Positions 58,124-64,000 of a stretch of DNA of 64,000 bases are shown here, piece by piece. Source of the DNA: Neodothiora populina (lineage: Eukaryota); NCBI RefSeq assembly GCF_041146345.1, contig NW_027191411.1:1922001-1986000 (forward strand), given 5' to 3'. The notes beneath the pieces are model-generated. The model made no database searches, was not told where the DNA came from, and was given only the letters and a program-made list of their open reading frames with translations. The stretch's first letter is position 1; each line of letters opens with the position of its first letter. The position numbers were made by a program, and so were the translations under genes.

Positions 58124-60262
58124 TCACGAGCCCCGTGTCTGGTAGTCCTTAATCAATTGATCCCAAAATTGCCAGTCAACTTTCTCGGTATTGAAGTTGT
58201 CGTACGTGTCCATGCCCATGTCGTAAGGGATGAAATCGGAAGATCCTGTAGAAGAGACCTCATGGGTCAGTAGTGATTGTGATGTATCCTGCTCTTCCAC
58301 AGTAGAAGCAGTAACACTACTTCCGTGAGCCTCTGACTGCTTGCTGGACTTTGGCCTCAACGCAGACCGCAGAGTTGTGACAAAGCTTGGCTGCGGTTGA
58401 CTGTGGCTTGGTGGGTTGATGTCCCAAGCTACCAGCAGCAGACGGCCAACCGCTTTTTGAAGTGCGCGCTTAGGATCAAGGAGCTCGTTATGACTTTGGT
58501 ACACTTGCCCTACTTTGCTCCAAGCGGCATCGCTTTCCGAACGTGAAAGTAGATCGGAGCGGCGCAAGCTTGTCAAGACCAAGATCAACGAATCCCATGA
58601 ACCCCAGGCGAAAAGTGGCCTCACGAGCCACTGGAAGCTTTTCAAGCTAAGGTGGTTGTATGTTGCTGTGTGAGTATTTATTATCTTCTCAGAAAGCTGA
58701 AACAATTCCCTTGCTTCTTCGTGAGTGACGGTTGTATCTTTGGCCTTTTGAAGCCGCATACGCAGACGCATGGCGGTGATGGCGGACCTGACAAAGCCAA
58801 TGGTCAGAAAATGCAGAGGATGAGCAACATCGCAATAGCGAATATATCTCTCCTCCACTTCGTTCTCAGCCTGATCGATTACCGAATTGAAATCGACATG
58901 GACTTTGGAAGATTGCTGCCCGGCGCCATGCTTGTACATCCCGGCCTTGACGACATGTGTTCCAATACACGCGCGAGCTAGACAGAAGATCATCTCGGTA
59001 GGACCTTTCTTCTCTACTGGCATCTCGGTCATTCCCGGCGAGATCTGGTCGTCGTCAAGATTGAGGGGTGGTTGTGTGTCCCATGTGTCATTGTCCGGCA
59101 CGATGCCTATTCCAGTCCCTGACATTTGACTTGCAACCCCATCAAGAGGTAAGATCTGATAGAATAGCCGCCGCCTCATTTGCACATCGAAGGGTGACAC
59201 GCCTAGACTTTCTCCGTCACGATGCAGACCCATTCGTTGAGATATCCGGACTGCAACACCAGTCAAGATCCAGTACGTTTGAGGATCATAAGAATGGCGA
59301 CAAGAGAGAAGAAACAACACGAGAGCTTGTAGAACGGACATATCCGTGGTCTTAAGGAAAGAGGCGTTGACAAGGGCCTGGCGAGTCGCAAAGTGATATC
59401 TTTGCATCAAGAAAGCCCTTGACTGCTCGAATTTGGCTAAACATTCATCCTCCGTCGAAGAGAAGACAGCGAAATGGTAAATGGCAAACAACAAACTTTC
59501 ATCGGTTTTGGACGCTAGTGCTGGCTGTTGTGATACTATGCTTACCATGGGCGAGACTGAAGGAACATGTAGGATTTTACATATAGGTTCCACGTTCTCA
59601 ATGTGCATCTTCCATAAAATCTTGGCGTCCGCATGTGTTGGGTGGCAATGTAAAAGACTCTGGCGAGAGCCCATGAGCGCTCCGGTCAGAGGATCCGAGG
59701 AGAACGTCCAAGAGGTATTGACTTCCAGATGCTCCTCGTTATCATTCTCCTCATCATCCTCATCCTCAGACATACCTTGGAACGCATCATCACCAAGATG
59801 AGTCCAAAGATGGCTGTCTATATATCGTGATTTGCCCTGGCCTGCTAAGAGTCTCCCTAAACGGTATGTTTCAGGTTCCATGAAGGGGACATTTATATCT
59901 TCTGTTCGCTTCTCACCAATTGAGACGGGTGTATACGGATCCTGAGGTAACAAGCCATGTTGGCCCAGAATCTGTTCATAACGAGCAAGTCTTTCTTCGA
60001 CATCGTAGCTCAACTTTCTCTTCTGTCGCCGTGGGGGAGGTGCTCGATAGATGCACTCCATGCTACCTTTGCGGCAGCTCGAACATATTGGCGAGGCCTT
60101 ATCACATCTTACCTTCCTCTTAACGCAAGCCTGGCAGGCAAAAGGCATTAGTTGTCGGGGGGAGTCTCCTTCCGTGCTAGGGTTGTTGGCCGATGAAGCC
60201 TTCGGGGGTGCTGGGGCAATAGTTGCGGGCCTGGGATGACCATGGACACTGGTGGAGGACAT
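58124..60262 (-). CDS. Zn(II)2Cys6 transcription factor with fungal-specific TF domain, intronless
   Basis: ACQACVKRKVRCDKASPICSSCRKGSMEC, KILHVP, RISQRMGLHRDG, QMRRRLFYQ. First ATG at 60262. Confidence 0.92.
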   Translation of the reverse strand: MSSTSVHGHPRPATIAPAPPKASSANNPSTEGDSPRQLMPFACQACVKRKVRCDKASPICSSCRKGSMECIYRAPPPRRQKRKLSYDVEERLARYEQILGQHGLLPQDPYTPVSIGEKRTEDINVPFMEPETYRLGRLLAGQGKSRYIDSHLWTHLGDDAFQGMSEDEDDEENDNEEHLEVNTSWTFSSDPLTGALMGSRQSLLHCHPTHADAKILWKMHIENVEPICKILHVPSVSPMVSIVSQQPALASKTDESLLFAIYHFAVFSSTEDECLAKFEQSRAFLMQRYHFATRQALVNASFLKTTDMSVLQALVLFLLSCRHSYDPQTYWILTGVAVRISQRMGLHRDGESLGVSPFDVQMRRRLFYQILPLDGVASQMSGTGIGIVPDNDTWDTQPPLNLDDDQISPGMTEMPVEKKGPTEMIFCLARACIGTHVVKAGMYKHGAGQQSSKVHVDFNSVIDQAENEVEERYIRYCDVAHPLHFLTIGFVRSAITAMRLRMRLQKAKDTTVTHEEARELFQLSEKIINTHTATYNHLSLKSFQWLVRPLFAWGSWDSLILVLTSLRRSDLLSRSESDAAWSKVGQVYQSHNELLDPKRALQKAVGRLLLVAWDINPPSHSQPQPSFVTTLRSALRPKSSKQSEAHGSSVTASTVEEQDTSQSLLTHEVSSTGSSDFIPYDMGMDTYDNFNTEKVDWQFWDQLIKDYQTRGS

Positions 60263-60984
60263 CGTTGCAGCTCGAGAACGAGAAGCTGCCGATAATTCTG
60301 AAATCGTTCTTGTCGCGATTATCACGAGTTGAGTTGTCCTAGGGTGTCTTAGGTGATGTGCCTACGGCAGGAGCGATCATCTTTCCACGCATGTTCTCAG
60401 ATTAGGTCGTGGGCGGGCAGCGAGTGTATTGGCTAGTACTTGGTATGTCGCGAATTGACTCCGCTCACACTGTTACAAGATATATCAGACACTACGGGTC
60501 TTGTGTAGTCCTAACGAATCCCAGTGTTGCATACTGCGTGTATGCTGATCTGGCAGTTATATCTAGGTATGTAAGGTACTTGTATGTATTATGATCACCA
60601 CTTTGGGGGATCCGCGTCATCCACGCCGCCAAGCCCGCCTCCACTTTCTGCACCATCGACCGCAGATCTCCGTTGTAGATCGTACAATATACATCAGGTG
60701 CTTTGTAGGAGACGGTCATGAATCAGACAACAAATCATGAAGTACTATTTAACAGCATACTGGATGATGTTATGTAGAGAAAGGCCGGGCAACCCGAGTG
60801 AGCTCGTGTGGGATTGAGCGATTCGATTTAGCTACATGTCTCTATTTAATCTCCCTTGTGTCATACCTACCACTTCGGGACCCATTGGCCCAAAAGTTCT
60901 TTACGACACCTGATATGTGCTTTGAGGCCACAATGCTTCGGATCCCCATCAACATGACCGCCCGCAAGGTTCGTAAATCGTTGT

Positions 60985-63900
60985 TTAAATAGGCTCATCT
61001 CGAGGCTCGATCAGAATCTCGTTTACAGCGACATGTGCTGGTTGCTTGAGTGCGTAGATGATGGAGTTCGCAATATCTTGAGAATCCAGAATCTTCGCGC
61101 CCGAGGGCTCGCCGTATTTTTTGATAGCTTCTGCATCAGTCGACATTCCGAGTAAGTCTGTGGCTGTGTTTCCGGGCTGCACGCTTGTGACACGTAGACC
61201 AGTACCCGCTGTTTCGAGCCGCAAGCTCTGGAGGGTTGCCTCCACAAAGAATTTACTTGCAGAGTATACGCCCAGGCCAGGGAATACCTTACGCCCGGCA
61301 TCGGAAGAGATGGCAACAATATGACCGCTCCCACGAGCGAGCATGCCTGGGACCGTCGAAGACAGACAGTGCAGTAAGCCCTTGCAGTTGACATCAACGG
61401 TGCGGTCCCACTCTTCAGTCTGCACGTTCGCCATCATTGTGAAATACATGACTCCCGCACATGAGATCAGAATATCGATTGGCCCAAGCTCGCGCCTTAC
61501 CGTCTGCATGAGGTCTTCGACTTGCTTTCTGTCTGTCACATCCGTCTGTTTGACGAGTACCTTACCCTCGCGTACTATCAGTTTGCGCCTCACTGCCTCC
61601 AGTGAGTCGAGTCGCCGAGCTGCAAGAGCTACATGACATCCCTCTCTGGCGAGAGCGGCAGCAATGGCAGCTCCCATGCCAGAAGACGCGCCCACCACTA
61701 CAGCGACACGCCAGCTGAGAGTTCCGGTTCGGATTGAACGTGCTGATCCGCCTACCGAATTTTGACGTGACGGAGGCCGAGGCAACCAGCCTCTTGCGAA
61801 CCAGTGCCGGGTATACGTCTCCAACAGATTAATGTCGACCTTAGGTCGCTCGACCACGATTCGAAGTGGTCTGGTAATTGCATTGTTGAGAACAACTATG
61901 CCTCTCAAGAAGTCCACGGATGGCATACCGCCGCGAAGAATATCAATGGTGAAGGCACCGTCCCCACCCTTTTGTGATCCACGCTCCTTGGTCCAAAGCG
62001 CAACCCATTCGTCCCACCCCAGTCTCTTCGTCGGATATCCTAGGTTTGCAAGGTCCTCGAACACATCCCTAGTGTCAACAGGGTCTGGATCTCCAACGTG
62101 GAACACCGCTTGCTTTGATTGGACTTGGTTAGACAGATGAATGATAGCCTTGCTCACGAAGTCGACCGGCGTCATTTCGGCCCTCCAGCCTTCGACGTCT
62201 GGAGCATATCCGAGACGCATTGACTCTACCAACAAGGCGTTGAACAGATCCCAGGCGTTCGCTGCTCCAGTTGTGCTGTGACCACTGATAGTTCCGACTC
62301 GCATGACACGAATGGGCAGCCCACGACGGCCAGCTTCGAGGACAAGCTGCTCGGCAACCCATTTCGAATGCCCGTACCCATCCAACAATTTCTCCGGGAC
62401 TTCCTCCACGTCAAGTATGGTATCTTCAGGCCAACCTTCTTGGGAAGGCGGGAGTACACCGTTTGTGGAGATGTATTGCACAGTTGCACCTCCAAGACAA
62501 GCCAGTCGAAGAATCTCTCTTGTACCGCCTACATTGGCTGCTCGCATAGTGGCGTATGGGTAGACCAGATTGACAGTGGCTGCAGCGTGGATAATGACCT
62601 GCACACGACTCGCAAGTGACTCGAAAGCGTCCATTGAGAGGCCGAGGTGTTTGCGTGAAAGATTTCCAGGGACTATCTCGATGCGTTCCATGATGGAATC
62701 ATGCCATAGACCCAAGTCAAGCAAGTTCCTACGTATCCTGGCAAATCCGCTGGGTTGGTCGTCGTCGGACGGTTCACTGAAGCGGACCATGCAGAGAATC
62801 TTAGCTGAGGTAGAATCCAAAAGATCGTTGAGTAAGAAAGCACCCAGAAAACCGGTTGCACCAGTCAGCAGTATCGTGTCGGCTTGATCCACTCGACACA
62901 TCATCTTGTTAGATGGCTTGATCTCTTCTTCGAGCACTGAGTCTGCACGAAGGACTGCCGGTAAATCGGCCTGCACAGCAGCAGTGTATCCATCTCTCAC
63001 ATCACGAACAGTCTGCACGTGACCATCAAGAGTTGGCGGATCTGCAAGCCGAGTGATGGGAATGCGGAGATCGAAATGTTTGGAAAGCTTCGAGGCGAGA
63101 TTCGCGAGCGACAGAGAGTGACCACCGAGGTCGAAGAAGCTATGCTCCGGTGTGATGACACTACGAGGCGTGTTCAGCGTCGTTGCCCATATCTGAGCAA
63201 TTGCGTCGACACTGATCGGATCGTCTTCAACCTTCTTCCCATTCACGCTGTCTACCTCGGGAGTAGGTGGAGTTGGAAGACGTTTGACATCAATCTTTCC
63301 GGAGACCTCGTGAGTAGGTAATTCGTCAAGTTCCACCCAGACAGCGGGAATCATATACTGGGCAAGATATGGGGAGAGGGTGCGACGCGCAGCTGGGCTG
63401 TAACCTGACTTATCGATGTCGATGACGTCGGTTCCTGCATCAGAATCCTTAACGACGTATGCAACCAATTGCCGATCAAGGCCTTCGCCATGAGCTACAA
63501 CGATGCACTGCTTAGCCGCAAGATGAGTGACGATTGCTTTCTCAACCTTGGCAGGCACAACCGAATAACCACGTAGTTTGATCATGGCGCCGACGCGACC
63601 AGTAATCTCGAGCAATCCAGAGGGCAGGATGCGAGCAAGATCTCCCGTCTTATACATCAGAGCCCCTTCTCCTGAAGAGAACGGATCATGCGAAAAGGCT
63701 TTGGCAGTGGTTTCCGGAAGATTCAGGTACCCGCGGGCCAAGAGCGAGCCACCGACGAAAAGTTCTCCAGCATCGCCAGCTTTGACTTTCTGGCCATCCT
63801 CACTCAGAACATAGGTGTGCTCCAAGTCCATGGGTGGACCGACGGGACAATATAGGGCCTCGGAATCCAGCACATCCAGCATGCTTCCAATGTCGCCACA

Positions 63901-64000
63901 AGCGATCTCATGAGTTTCGCATGCGCTGTAACAGTTGAGAAGACGGACTTTGGGCATGGCTTTCAGGGCTCGACGAGCCAGGTCAACGGTTACAACTTCA
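60985..64000 (-). CDS. NRPS-like A-T-R1-R2 enzyme, glycine betaine reductase (ATRR) type; 5' end beyond the window
   Basis: A-domain YKTGDL and IKLRGY; carrier FFDLGGHSL; thioester reductase LLTGATGFLG and GYGHSKW; C-terminal SDR GASSGMG and YSASK. Confidence 0.9.
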   Translation of the reverse strand, partial: EVVTVDLARRALKAMPKVRLLNCYSACETHEIACGDIGSMLDVLDSEALYCPVGPPMDLEHTYVLSEDGQKVKAGDAGELFVGGSLLARGYLNLPETTAKAFSHDPFSSGEGALMYKTGDLARILPSGLLEITGRVGAMIKLRGYSVVPAKVEKAIVTHLAAKQCIVVAHGEGLDRQLVAYVVKDSDAGTDVIDIDKSGYSPAARRTLSPYLAQYMIPAVWVELDELPTHEVSGKIDVKRLPTPPTPEVDSVNGKKVEDDPISVDAIAQIWATTLNTPRSVITPEHSFFDLGGHSLSLANLASKLSKHFDLRIPITRLADPPTLDGHVQTVRDVRDGYTAAVQADLPAVLRADSVLEEEIKPSNKMMCRVDQADTILLTGATGFLGAFLLNDLLDSTSAKILCMVRFSEPSDDDQPSGFARIRRNLLDLGLWHDSIMERIEIVPGNLSRKHLGLSMDAFESLASRVQVIIHAAATVNLVYPYATMRAANVGGTREILRLACLGGATVQYISTNGVLPPSQEGWPEDTILDVEEVPEKLLDGYGHSKWVAEQLVLEAGRRGLPIRVMRVGTISGHSTTGAANAWDLFNALLVESMRLGYAPDVEGWRAEMTPVDFVSKAIIHLSNQVQSKQAVFHVGDPDPVDTRDVFEDLANLGYPTKRLGWDEWVALWTKERGSQKGGDGAFTIDILRGGMPSVDFLRGIVVLNNAITRPLRIVVERPKVDINLLETYTRHWFARGWLPRPPSRQNSVGGSARSIRTGTLSWRVAVVVGASSGMGAAIAAALAREGCHVALAARRLDSLEAVRRKLIVREGKVLVKQTDVTDRKQVEDLMQTVRRELGPIDILISCAGVMYFTMMANVQTEEWDRTVDVNCKGLLHCLSSTVPGMLARGSGHIVAISSDAGRKVFPGLGVYSASKFFVEATLQSLRLETAGTGLRVTSVQPGNTATDLLGMSTDAEAIKKYGEPSGAKILDSQDIANSIIYALKQPAHVAVNEILIEPRDEPI

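Noticed and set aside
60985..64000. Functional link between the betaine reductase and the nicotinate-like cluster (e.g. trigonelline)
   Set aside because: They are more than 50 kb apart, separated by housekeeping genes, with no supporting evidence.

Overview
64 kb of intron-containing filamentous ascomycete (Pezizomycotina) nuclear DNA with about 20 protein-coding genes. I found no tRNA, rRNA or CRISPR features. Left end (1-9.3 kb): the right-hand part of what looks like an hxn nicotinate-catabolism cluster, with an HxnX-like FAD monooxygenase, an HxnT-like old yellow enzyme and an HxnR-like C2H2 regulator. A divergent CYP53 (benzoate para-hydroxylase-like) P450 sits next to hxnT-hxnR, where Aspergillus nidulans has the molybdoenzyme gene hxnS. 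C6 of nicotinate is para to its carboxylate, so this P450 is a candidate Moco-independent nicotinate 6-hydroxylase. That is the main hypothesis from this window, and it is inference. Middle (16-35 kb): a GC3-rich, microsatellite-rich housekeeping block containing divergent acl2/acl1, a Zn2Cys6 factor, importin-9 and REV7, plus a small family of hairpin-forming ~32-bp repeats. Right (38-64 kb): an accessory-metabolism block with an AhpD-like PTS1 protein, a succinyl-CoA:3-oxoacid CoA-transferase, three Zn2Cys6 factors, two secreted carboxylesterases, an MCT-type MFS transporter, TatD and an A-T-R-R NRPS-like enzyme (glycine betaine reductase type). Family and orthology calls come from motif recognition by eye, not database searches.
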